From contig NC_068982.1 of NCBI RefSeq assembly GCF_001194135.2, positions 148,346,225 to 148,401,114 on the forward strand: DNA of 54,890 nucleotides, in the 5' to 3' direction. Position 1 is the stretch's first letter. The number at the start of each line of letters is the position of its first letter. Below are positions 11,138-22,715 of this stretch, piece by piece. This DNA comes from Octopus bimaculoides. Lineage: Eukaryota. The notes under the pieces are model-generated. The model worked only from the letters and a program-made list of their open reading frames with translations. It was not told the origin of the DNA and made no database searches. The position numbers were made by a program, and so were the translations under genes.

Positions 11138-11921
11138 GCATACATACATACATATACGTGTATATATACGTCTATATNNNNNNNNNNNNNNNNNNNNNNN
11201 NNNNNNNNNNNNNNNNNNNNNNNNNNNNNNNNNNNNNNNNNNNNNNNNNNNNNNNNNNNNNNNNNNNNNNNNNNNNNNNNNNNNNNNNNNNNNNNNNNNN
11301 NNNNNNNNNNNNNNNNNNNNNNNNNNNNNNNNNNNNNNNNNNNNNNNNNNNNNNNNNNNNNNNNNNNNNNNNNNNNNNNNNNNNNNNNNNNNNNNNNNNN
11401 NNNNNNNNNNNNNNNNNNNNNNNNNNNNNNNNNNNNNNNNNTGTGTGTGTGTGTGTGTATATGTATTTATATAATGTATTCATGTATGTGTGTACGTGTT
11501 TGTGTATGTGCATTCCTTCATTATTTATTCCCTTATTCCCTTATTCATCATTTCGAAGCTTCACTCTGTTGCTATTCAGAATGCTATGAAACTGAAGCCT
11601 TAATTGCAAGTGAATGCAGGTGTTCAGACCAAGGCTCCGGTTTGTGGATAATTTCCTCCCTTTCTCACATAAGTCTCAGAGGTCATGGAAAATTAAAGTG
11701 TCCTTGACTAAGTGACCAAAAGACTATGAGAGAAAGCTTCATTTATGTCTATCTTGGACGTTCCACACTTCAGTTCCTATATATATATATTCCTATATAA
11801 GCAGATACCAGTCAGAATGCCCTGATGTAAATGCTACATACACGAGAAGAGATCAATGAAAGTACTACATTCCTTTCCTAAGAAGTTGTAGTTTTACACA
11901 GTGAGCAATTTTTTTTTCCAG

Positions 11922-11986
11922 AATTGCTGGAGACAAAGACAAGAGTTTGGCTTTAGGTCTTTCGTCATTTTCAATTTCCCTTATTG
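11922..11986 (+). CDS. SLCO: SLCO/OATP exon (65 bp, start of TM11)
   Basis: Not in ORF track. tttttttccag acceptor, gtaagt donor; (R)IAGDKDKSLALGLSSFSISLI(G), matching the OATP LR-x-V-xxx-KSxAxG motif; phase 2/1. Confidence 0.92.
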
Positions 11987-12178
11987 GTAAGTAAAACATA
12001 GCTTTTAGAATTTCCACAGTCTTTTTTTACTCTTTTCTACTTTATAATGTTTTTGTTTTTAATTTCTAATTTCTGATATAATTTTTCGATGAACCGAACC
12101 AACCTACACCGGTTGTCAAGCAGTGGTGAAACAAAAGCACTAAATCACACACGTGCACAAATACATATACACATGTGT

Positions 12179-12526
12179 GTGTTGGCACTCCGTCGCTTAC
12201 GACGTCGAGGGTTCCAGTTGATCCGATCAACGGAACAGCCTGCTCGTGAAATTAACGTGCAAATGGCTGATCACTCTACAGACACGTGTACCCTTAACGT
12301 AGTTCTCGGGGATATTCAGCGTGACACAGTGTGACAAGGCTGACCCTTTGAATTACAGGTACAACAGAAACAAGAAGAAAGTTGTGGTGAAAGAGTGCTG
12401 CCGGTGTCTCGTGGAACTTTAGGTGTTTTCGCTCAATAAACACTTACAACGCCCGGTCTGGGAATCGAAACCGCGATCCTATGACCACGAGTCCGCTGCC
12501 CTAACCACTGGGCCATTACGCCTCCA
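12179..12526 (-). mobile_element. tRNA-derived SINE, family A
   Basis: High identity to 14-396 with internal deletions; intact B box ggtttcgattcc. Confidence 0.85.
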
Positions 12527-12600
12527 CACATATACACATAGATATACACATACATACATATATGCATGCATACATACATGTATGCATGCATGTACATATA

Positions 12601-12982
12601 CAGGGTGATTCAAAAGTCTCCATACACAGGAAAAATAATTTTTTTATAGATACAGTTTATAAGATCCCCCAGATCCCCTGAACCCCTGATCTGATTCCTC
12701 TTGATTTCTATCTTTGGGGGCATTTGAAAGGCATGGTGTATTGCAGAAAGATAAAAGACATAAAGCACTTGAAGGAACGCATCGCCAACTCCTTTGCACA
12801 CGTATCACCAGATGTGCTATTACGAGTTCACAATGAGTGGGGTAAATGTATTGCAATGTATATTCAAAACAATGGTAACCATATAGAGCCTGTTAAATAA
12901 AATTTAAAAAAACTGTTCTTATAAACTGTTTCTTATAAAAAGATAAATTGTTCCTATGTATGGCGACTTTTGAATCACCCTG
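12601..12982 (+). mobile_element. Internally deleted Tc1/mariner-superfamily element (382 bp)
   Basis: TIRs cagggtgattcaaaagtc(t/g)ccataca at both ends, TA on each side; 12685-12900 encodes PDLIPLDFYLWGHLKGMVY...NGNHIEPVK*, a transposase C-terminus. Confidence 0.85.
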
Positions 12983-13022
12983 TATATATACGTATACATA
13001 CAAACATATATATAAATATATC

Positions 13023-13107
13023 TATTAGAAAAAATAATAAGGTACTCAGATACTGGATGGTTGTACAACCATCCAGATATCTGAGTACCTTATTATTTTT
13101 TCTAATA
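13023..13107. repeat. 85-nt palindrome (42-bp arms, one bulged A, no loop)
   Basis: Base-by-base check: centre ctggatggttgtacaaccatccag; only A13077 is unpaired. Confidence 0.95.
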
Positions 13108-13794
13108 TATAATTCCTGTACATCACCTCCAATCCTTCTAATATATATAGAGAGTAGAAAAATATTTGAAGAAGGTGTAGGGGTAGATACTAAAACGGTT
13201 GAAAAATAAAAGTAAAATTGAAGATGTGATGGAATTTACTTACGTTATCAACTGCTAAACGTATATAATCATCGATAGAGCGGTATAGAAAAGTTATTTT
13301 TAATAATATCGAAAGTAAATTGTTTATAATTGTAGAGAAATTTATCATAGAAAAACTAATGAATAAAGTTATATGATTTCGATGTAGTGTAAGGGAGATA
13401 ACAATTAATGGAAAAAAATCGAGTTTTTTTTTTTATAAAACTAAAAGGTAAAGTGATTGATATCGGATATACATGAATATGTACACTCTAAATTTTATGT
13501 GTCTTGCATACCTTTATATATAAATTTATACGTATACATACCATATAAACATATACACATGAATTTTGTACATAGAAAAGCACACACGAATAAATACTTA
13601 CGTATACATACATATATGTATATGAACATCTACAAGCAGATATCTATACAGACGATAATGCATATACACCATACCCTGGTATATGCCCTTATACATACAA
13701 CACTCACACATATGTACACTTATGTTCTTAAATAATGCTTATATACCGACCAGAAGGCATATATGGCCATATGAGTTTACATACGTACATATAA

Positions 13795-14070
13795 ACACTA
13801 TTAAAAATTTATTAAAAATTTTTAAAATTGTAAAAAACATTATTAAAAATGTATAAAAACATTATAAAAATTTATTAAAAATTATAAAAAGATTTATAAG
13901 AATAATTAATAAAAATTTTATAAAAGTCTATTTTGAAAATTTATTAAAAGATTATAGAAAATTTATGAAGATTATAAAAAATTTTATTAAAATAATTATA
14001 AAAATAATTTATTAAAAAATCATTTTAAAAATTTATTAAAATTTTTTTTTAAATTATAAAAATTTGTATA
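13795..14070. repeat. Degenerate AT-only minisatellite (~10-11 bp, aaaatttatt-like)
   Basis: Repeated ttattaaaaa/ttataaaaa units, almost no G or C. Confidence 0.7.
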
Positions 14071-14612
14071 TATCGTTAGTGGATAGTATAACATGACACT
14101 TAGGTATATATTATATATACTCATACATACATCCATACATACGTGCAAATATATCTGCTTCCTAACANNNNNNNNNNNNNNNNNNNNNNNNNNNNNNNNN
14201 NNNNNNNNNNNNNNNNNNNNNNNNNNNNNNNNNNNNNNNNNNNNNNNNNNNNNNNNNNNNNNNNNNNNNNNNNNNNNNNNNNNNNNNNNNNNNNNNNNNN
14301 NNNNNNNNNNNNNNNNNNNNNNNNNNNNNNNNNNNNNNNNNNNNNNNNNNNNNNNNNNNNNNNNNNNNNNNNNNNNNNNNNNNNNNNNNNNNNNNNNNNN
14401 NNNNNNNNNNNNNNNNNNNNNNNNNNNNNNNNNNNNNNNNNNNNNNNNNNNNNNNNNNNNNNNNNNNNNNNNNNNNNNNNNNNNNNNNNNNNNNNNNNNN
14501 NNNNNNNNNNNNNNNNNNNNNNNNNNNNNCACATTACATACATATAGATACATACATATAAAAACAAATATATACCAATACTTATATACTCATACACACG
14601 CGAAAGTATCTA

Positions 14613-15908
14613 TTGGGTTGTCCGGAAAGTTCGTGCCGATTTTTAAAGGAACGAAAAAGGTCAATAAATACTTACCATTACATTTTTAATCAACCAAATA
14701 TGAACCATTTTGTTGCACAATGCGTCTCCATCTTTCCTTTAACTTGAAAATACCCTCTTCCCAGAAATGAGGTGGTTTCATGGCAAAGAATTCATCAACG
14801 TATCTTTTTACATCATCCAAGGAATTGAAATCTTTACCACTAAGACTATTTTGCAGAGACCTGAATAAGTGGAAATCCGAAGGAGCAATATCTGGTGAAT
14901 ATGGAGGGTGGAGTAACACGTCCCAGCCGAGCTGCAGCAATTTTTGTCTGGTTCCCAAAGAAACGTGCGGTCTTGCATTATAATGTTGGAAAACAACATC
15001 CTTCTTGTTGGCTAATTATGGACGATTCTCTTGAATTGCTACTTTTAACTCGTCCAGTTGTGTGCAATATTTCTCAGAAGTAATTGTCTGGTTACTTGGG
15101 AGAAGCTCATAGTACAGAATTCCTTTCCAATCCTACCAGACACAAAGCAAGACTTTTTTAGGGTGAAGACCCGCTTTTGGGGTGGCTAAGGGTGGCTAAG
15201 GGTGGCTCATGTCGCTTACTCCAGGATCGCTTTCTCTGAACATTTCGGTAGATAATCAATCTCTCATCACCTGTCACAATTTGCTTTAAAAAAAAGGCGC
15301 GTTTTCATTCCGTTTATAAAGCGAATCACAGATGGAAATGCAATCCAAAAGGTTCTTCTCACTCAACTCATGTGGTACCCAAACATCGTAGCTATTTGTG
15401 TACCCAAGCTTTACCAGGTGCTCATGAACGACGGATTTTGATAGGTTGAAGCTTTCTGCCAATTCTCGGGTTGTGCAACGTGGGTTATTCTCAATTAATG
15501 ACTTGATTTGGTCATCATCTGTAGTGGATGGTCTGCCTGATCACTCTTTATCAATAAGGCTACAATCTCCAGCTCGGAACCTTGCGAACCACTTCTGTAC
15601 AGTTCTTTCGGATAAAGAAACATCACCGTAAACTGCGCATATTTCTTTGGTTGCTTGTGAAGCATTTTTCCCTTTACGGAAAAAGAAAAGCATCAAGTAC
15701 CGAAAATGAACTTTCTTATCTTCCATTTTAAAGGGTTACTGAATTAACACAGGTTCTGGGAACATAAACCTTCTTCCACGAAAAGATAGCTTAAACTGTG
15801 CTCTAAATGGAGGTTTAGTCAAATCCTATTTTATGGACTCAATCATGTTCGATTATAAGTCAAAAGGTAAGCTGCTATAAATCAGCACGAACTTTCCGGA
15901 CAACCCAA
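14613..15908 (-). mobile_element. Full-length mariner transposon (1296 bp), inactive
   Basis: TIRs ttgggttgtccggaaagttcgtgc(c/t)gattt, TA target duplication at 14611-14612 and 15909-15910. Confidence 0.95.
14686..15726 (-). pseudogene. Mariner (DD34D-type) transposase pseudogene
   Basis: MEDKKVHFR...WVPHEL...VTGDE...HYNARPH...HPPYSPDIAPSDFHLF; stops at 15541-15543, 15133-15135, 15016-15018; two frameshifts; second catalytic Asp changed to Tyr. Confidence 0.9.
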
Positions 15909-16772
15909 TACATATTTAAATACATATATGCGCATATTGACATATATATATATACACACTTACAAAAAGATATTTAGGTAAGCATATAGACATAGACACC
16001 TACATATACACTCACATATACTATGTATCCCACTGTTTGAACTATTGTTACTCAAATTAACTAATGAGGGAACCTCTACGTAATCACTTGCATGCAAGAA
16101 ATAGCCGTTAAATTTCATTCAAATTATGCATTACTACTATCATAAAAGAAGGATACGATGGATAGTGTAGTCCTACAAAATATTCTGATGGAATGGTAGA
16201 GATGGAAGGATTTTTAGCATGTTTTTTTTTTTCCATATCAGGTTTAACACTGTGGTAACAACAGCAATAATTCGAGAGCTGCTGCCACGCAGTTACTCTG
16301 CCTCATATATAATCAGCCACCAAACTAATCTCTCTACTTAGTAAAATCTACTATCTTAAAACAGAGAAGAGAAACGCTAAAACTGGGTTTCTCACCGAAG
16401 GTAGCCCTACAAAGATTAAAAACAAAGACAGACAAATTGACCAGGCAGTTCGGCCAGTATTATTTTATATTATTTTATATTATTTTACATTTTAGCACGC
16501 CGGAAAAATTGTCAAACAGCATTTCGTCTGCCTTTTCATTCTGAGCTGAAAAGCCGTCAAGGTCGACTTAACCTTTTTGCTCCTTTTGTGGAGTCGATAA
16601 AATAAGTAACTGCTGAACATTGTTATCGACTTACATTCATCCCTAAAATTACAGGCCTTGTAGCAAAATTTGAAACCATTATATTATATTGTATTGTATT
16701 TTATTATATTGAATTGTGTTATATTGTATAATGTATATCATAGTTTTTAATTTTCTGCTATCTATTCGCCAG

Positions 16773-17047
16773 GTTGGATGGCTGGGCCCGTTTTCTTCGG
16801 ACTGATTATAGATACTACATGTTTGATCTGGTCGTCTTCTGATGGAAGCGGCAGAGGATCTTGTGTTCTATATGACACCGACAAAATGAGGAAGGCAATA
16901 TTTCTAACCGAAGGTGGACTTACATGCCTGGCTTCATTTTTTTGTATGATAGCTTTAATTTGTCATATAAGATCGCAAAAGCAGACAATGAAAGAAGAAA
17001 TAGTAAATGAAAATTTAAAAGTGGAAATTGAAGCACCTCAACTGTAA
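16773..17047 (+). CDS. SLCO: SLCO/OATP terminal coding exon (275 bp, TM11-TM12, C-tail)
   Basis: cgccag acceptor; GWMAGPVFFGLIIDTTCLIW...GSCVLYD...EIEAPQL*, with OATP GP-x-x-FG-x-x-ID-x-x-C-x-x-W motif; the six exons sum to 1004 nt and stay in frame to TAA 17045-17047. Confidence 0.95.
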
Positions 17048-17468
17048 TTCCCTTTGGATAATCCGTTCTAATATATCCTAATTCATAAAGCAACTATTAT
17101 TAGATCGATTACCTGTGTGTGTGTGCCTACGTGTGTGTGTGCGTGCATGCTTGTATGTATGTGTGCATGTACATCGATGACGTATATGAGAATACATACA
17201 TTTAAAATAATGAAATATATTTTATAATGTGCGGAAGAAGTCTGAAGTTTTGTGGTGAATTAATCACCAGAGAGAAAATACGCTGATGAAGGATATTGTC
17301 TGAAACGTTGGACTTTCCTTCTTCGCCGTCGCATAAAATCTGTTCCATTCTTTTAACTATTTGTATCTGCTATTTGCTAAGGCAAACCCACACCAATTTC
17401 CACACTTTTTACCATTTTACAGTATTTGAGTTATATATTTCCCCCTATTTAACTCTTTCATATCGCCT

Positions 17469-17509
17469 CTGCTGAAGGGATATTCCCTCATATCCTTGAA
17501 ACAGCTGTA
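17469..17509 (+). ncRNA. Hammerhead motif (family F), A6C, stem I lost
   Basis: CTGCTGA-agggata(ttccctca)tatcctt-GAAAC-agct-GTA; 256 nt upstream of the homologous core at 17725. Confidence 0.5.
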
Positions 17510-17719
17510 ACACAACCTTCCTCTAACTCTACTATTTCCCTCTATTTAACTTTCTACAACAGAATTTTCCTTGAATAATAGAACTGCAGCTGTAACATCC
17601 AACATATATTTTTAAATTTTTATTCTCTTATTTCCCTTTATACTTACTCTATCTCTCCCTTTCCAAAATAATTTCGTATATGGAACCTTACTATTTCTCT
17701 CTATTAAACTTTCTCATAC

Positions 17720-17769
17720 GGTCCCTGATGAAGGGATATCCCACATATCCTTGAAACAGCTGTAAGACT
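17720..17769 (+). ncRNA. Type-I hammerhead ribozyme motif, canonical core (family F)
   Basis: ggtcc-CTGATGA-agggata(tcccaca)tatcctt-GAAAC-agct-GTA^-agact; stem III is the palindrome ACAGCTGT; innermost stem-I pair is C.A. Confidence 0.7.
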
Positions 17770-18417
17770 ACCTTTCTCTTTATAAATGTCCTAGAAATTT
17801 CACACTACCTTGGTTTTGTTGTCTCATTTTATTTAACACNNNNNNNNNNNNNNNNNNNNNNNNNNNNNNNNNNNNNNNNNNNNNNNNNNNNNNNNNNNNN
17901 NNNNNNNNNNNNNNNNNNNNNNNNNNNNNNNNNNNNNNNNNNNNNNNNNNNNNNNNNNNNNNNNNNNNNNNNNNNNNNNNNNNNNNNNNNNNNNNNNNNN
18001 NNNNNNNNNNNNNNNNNNNNNNNNNNNNNNNNNNNNNNNNNNNNNNNNNNNNNNNNNNNNNNNNNNNNNNNNNNNNNNNNNNNNNNNNNNNNNNNNNNNN
18101 NNNNNNNNNNNNNNNNNNNNNNNNNNNNNNNNNNNNNNNNNNNNNNNNNNNNNNNNNNNNNNNNNNNNNNNNNNNNNNNNNNNNNNNNNNNNNNNNNNNN
18201 NNNNNNNNNNNNNNNNNNNNNNNNNNNNNNNNNNNNNNNNNNNNNNNNNNNNNNNNNNNNNNNNNNNNNNNNNNNNNNNNNNNNNNNNNNNNNNNNNNNN
18301 NNNNNNNNNNNNNNNNNNNNNNNNNNNNNNNNNNNNNNNNNNNNNNNNNNNNNNNNNNNNNNNNNNNNNNNNNNNNNNNNNNNNNNNNNNNNNNNNNNNN
18401 NNNNNNNNNNNNNNNNN

Positions 18418-18605
18418 AGAGTATCGCGAGAGGCCTTGAGTGAAGGCCCAATCTTCCGAAGTTCTTTTACAGGGCTTAGAAAAACTGAAGGACCGCTGCA
18501 ATAACTGTGTGAATCTGAGAGGCGAATATATTAAATAAAATTATAATTAACTGATCCTCCTGTAGTTTCTTTTACCTAAAACCAGGAACTCTTCAGCACC
18601 CTTCG
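18418..18605 (+). mobile_element. 3' end of a second mariner element
   Basis: LLQGLEKLKDRCNNCVNLRGEYIK* then TIR ccaggaactcttcagcacccttcg and TA; 5' part in the N gap. Confidence 0.75.
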
Positions 18606-18986
18606 TATTGCACAAATATAATCTTTTTACACCCAAATAAAGTGCAATTCATATTCGAGGCTCCGATAAAAGTTATGGATATTATTCAGGCACTCAATTA
18701 TGAGTGCGCTGTCAACTTATAGCAGAAACAGCAGTAAGCTACTGAACTTCATAACATAACCGTTATTTTTCCTGTGTCATCTTTTTTTCATATATATTTA
18801 TATATATGCATGGATACATGCGTGCGTATGTGCTGTATGTTGTGTGTGTTTGTGTGTGTGTGTGTGTGGTGTATACATACATACATACATACGTACATAC
18901 ATACATACATACATACATGCATACATACATACATACATACATACCTATTTCTATATCAGTGGGGTTGTGCTTGCATGTATGTATGT

Positions 18987-19204
18987 ATGAAAAGTTATAA
19001 GTAGAAATAGGAGCACATCAAATATAATTCCTTTTAGATAATCCGTTCTAATATATCCTAATTCACAAGGCAACTATTATTAGATCGATTATCTATATAT
19101 GTATGTATATATATATGCACGCGTGTATGTGTGTGTGTATATATATGTATGTATACATATATATACATATGTTTGTGTGTTTGTGTCTGTGTGTGTGTGT
19201 GCAA

Positions 19205-19247
<43 letters not shown>

Positions 19248-19318
19248 TGTGCGTGTGTGCGTGTGTGCTTATATGTATGTTTGCATGTACATCGATAAAG
19301 CATATAAGAATATATACA
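18987..19318 (+). pseudogene. Decayed duplicate of the SLCO last-exon end and proximal 3' UTR
   Basis: 18987-19090 aligns without gaps to 17007-17110 (YEKL*VEIGAHQI* versus NENLKVEIEAPQL*, then gataatccgttctaatatatcctaattca...caactattattagatcgatta); homology resumes after a microsatellite. Confidence 0.8.
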
Positions 19319-20210
19319 GTTCAAGCAGTGTATGTACGTGGCCTATTGGTCTCGGGGTTAAGATGGTAGCGAGTTCTCTCCCCGCTTGCTCTATATATCG
19401 AGTGCGAAGCGCACCGAATAACCAGCCGGAGGAGGAGTACTCCTGGAGTTAAAATAGCAGTATCGGCTGTTCTTAAAAAACATTCACGTTTAAGTGACAG
19501 TAAACATTATTCCTCAGTGTGTATATAGTTATATGTATAACTAGAAGCTTCCTTCTTCTTGTTAGTTGCCAAAGTGGAGATAGATGGAATAATTCCAAAC
19601 GTGTTTTACAATATTTATTCTTTTGTTTCTTTTCTATTTTCTACATCTCTTACCGTTCTGAGATTGAATCCTGCTGAGCACAGGAGTGTCTATTTTAACT
19701 CTGGGCTTGATGAAATAAGCATTAGTGCAGTAAATGCTTAGAGAAAGCACGGGAAACCGGATTGAGAACCTACCAGCAACACATCAAGCTATACAGGGCT
19801 TAAGGTGCATATCTTAAACAGTCACGGACACTTGCACAACAGATTGGTCCCTCATCACTGCTTGTAAAACACCACAGCACTTTCACATTATATTTAGAAA
19901 TCTGGATACAAAGGAGATATTGCTGTCGTATCATAGCCATTTAATGGTGCCATATTGAAATGTTTCTATATTGTGAAAGGCATGATTCTCCGACAGTAGA
20001 CTCACTTCACCCCACTTACTGGTTTGTTTGACCTAGAAGGTGGTCCCTTTGTGTTCCCTTTGATATCGCTTGGTTTAATAAATTTATATGATCACCAGGT
20101 CAAAGGAAACCATGGGCACAAAAATGTAATTGCTGATTATTTCTTATAAATTAACATATAATCATACATACGTAAGGCAACAAAGACACACATGTCTCTC
20201 TCTCTTTCTC

Positions 20211-20250
<40 letters not shown>

Positions 20251-21454
20251 NNNNNNNNNNNNNNNNNNNNNNNNNNNNNNNNNNNNNNNNNNNNNNNNNN
20301 NNNNNNNNNNNNNNNNNNNNNNNNNNNNNNNNNNNNNNNNNNNNNNNNNNNNNNNNNNNNNNNNNNNNNNNNNNNNNNNNNNNNNNNNNNNNNNNNNNNN
20401 NNNNNNNNNNNNNNNNNNNNNNNNNNNNNNNNNNNNNNNNNNNNNNNNNNNNNNNNNNNNNNNNNNNNNNNNNNNNNNNNNNNNNNNNNNNNNNNNNNNN
20501 NNNNNNNNNNNNNNNNNNNNNNNNNNNNNNNNNNNNNNNNNNNNNNNNNNNNNNNNNNNNNNNNNNNNNNNNNNNNNNNNNNNNNNNNNNNNNNNNNNNN
20601 NNNNNNNNNNNNNNNNNNNNNNNNNNNNNNNNNNNNNNNNNNNNNNNNNNNNNNNNNNNNNNNNNNNNNNNNNNNNNNNNNNNNNNNNNNNNNNNNNNNN
20701 NNNNNNNNNNNNNNNNNNNCTCTAGAATCCGAACTCTAAAATTGTTACACACATAGATACGCACAGCGTAATTTATTATATAAACAATATATGCGTATAA
20801 ATTACGATTAAACCGGATGAAATATGTCACAGGGAATAACATTTTTATGACCGCCCAGCAGTAAGTCTATTAAGCTGAATAGACGTCAGTGATTGGTTGA
20901 AATTACAGAAATACGACAACTTTAACATGGAATAACTTGCGAATTCCTTTTTTTTTATTAAGAAGACTAAGAGTAAAAGATGTTTTATATGACACATTCT
21001 ACCAGTGTCCCAAGTTTCAAAGTGTTTCGTTAGTGTTTCGTTAAGAAAATACTGGCGCCCCCGTTTTAAAATAGATCCGACGAAAATATTTTGGCAAATT
21101 CAATTTTAATGTTGAAGTAAATCTAATGGTTTTTATGTTTTTAAATAGCTTATAAACATCTTTCACGCTGCAATTGTTTATATCAATATAATCGAAGGGA
21201 AATAATTTCGTTAATATATCATGTATTATGTCCCTTATACGAAGCAAAAAGCAAATAAAAGACATGACAGGCGACATCAGCAAAAATAAATTATTTTACA
21301 ATTATTTTTTTAATTTTGAAAATATTTCACGGCTGTTATTTTCTCCTCAAACATTTCGTAAGTGTTTTTAAGGGACCATATTGTCGTGAAAAAAAAATAA
21401 AAAACAGAAGCACAGACACTTCTCTCGACTTTTCTACTGACACTTCATCTAATA

Positions 21455-21785
21455 CAGGGATTCTCAACCATTTTTTACGCATGGACCACGTTGAATCATA
21501 TTTTACTTGGGTAGACCCTCATCACCATTCCGGGTTTAATAAACCCTAAAGTATTTTTATAATTAAATGTTATTAAGAATTGTATAAAAAATTGTTTAAA
21601 TATCTTGCATATTGTAGATATATAACCAATTTATTGCACATAAAATTTACTGGTCTGAAGCATAGTTTTTTCATGGTCCCTGAAAAATAACCATAGACTC
21701 CCAATTTACTATATTGCATATATGGATCCCCACCCATCCACCCACTCCCAAAAAATCTTATATGGATCCCGGTTGAGAACTCCTG
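21455..21785. mobile_element. hAT-like MITE
   Basis: TIRs cagggattctcaacc / ggttgagaactcctg; no convincing 8-bp TSD. Confidence 0.5.
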
Positions 21786-22494
21786 ATTGTAGTAGAACCA
21801 CCAAAATGATAGACTCAGGGAGAGAAGATGGACCCAGCACTTATTTGTTCTTTATTTAATGATCCCAGGAAAAATGAAATTCACTAGAGTGCCAGGAAAA
21901 AATACAGCAATGTATATCGATTCTACCAATGCCACTACCATTTTCAATTGGTGAAACAGAAGAATTTTGATATTAAGTATTATGCTGTTCTTTTCTTTAT
22001 ACTTAAGGGAGATAGATTTCATTTCAGCTATCTTTTATTTATTTATTTTTTATTTTTTTTACTTATTGTGATCATTAGACTGCGGCCATGCTGGGGCATC
22101 GCCTTGAAGAATTTTAGAATTTTAGAACGAATCTACCCAGTATTTTTTATTTTTAAGTCTGGTACTTATTTTATCGGACTTCTTGACAGAATTGCTAAGT
22201 AAGCGGGATATGTCTAGATTTCTAACAAAAAGGTCTAATGCTCTTAGCTTAGACTTTTTGGGGGGGCAACTAGTTCGAACTGTCTCAAGTGTAACTGTCC
22301 GAAACAATAAGGACTTCTGGTATACTGGACAGAGGAAAGAAAGCTACAAATGACCCGTCTTTTTTATGTCTGCCCTTTTAATTGTTGTTTCTCCTGTCCG
22401 CCTATCTGTCCGAATGTTTTATTCTCTTCTATTGCGTTTTCGGACGTGGCACAAGAAATGTATTAATTAGATGCTCAGAAGGAAAAGAGTAGAA

Positions 22495-22529
22495 GTTTTA
22501 CGTTTCGAGCATAGCTCTTCATCGAAAAC
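22495..22529 (-). ncRNA. Hammerhead-like motif with altered core
   Basis: Minus strand gttt-TCGATGA-A-gagc(tat)gctc-GAAAC-GTA^-aaac. Confidence 0.45.
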
Positions 22530-22634
22530 AGGAAGAAACAGGAAAGTCCAAGACGATGGAGGAAAGAAATCGAAAACAATCACATGCTTTTACATTATAT
22601 ATATATGTGCATGCATGTGTGTGTGTGTGTGTAT

Positions 22635-22675
<41 letters not shown>

Positions 22676-22683
22676 CATGTATG

Positions 22684-22715
<32 letters not shown>

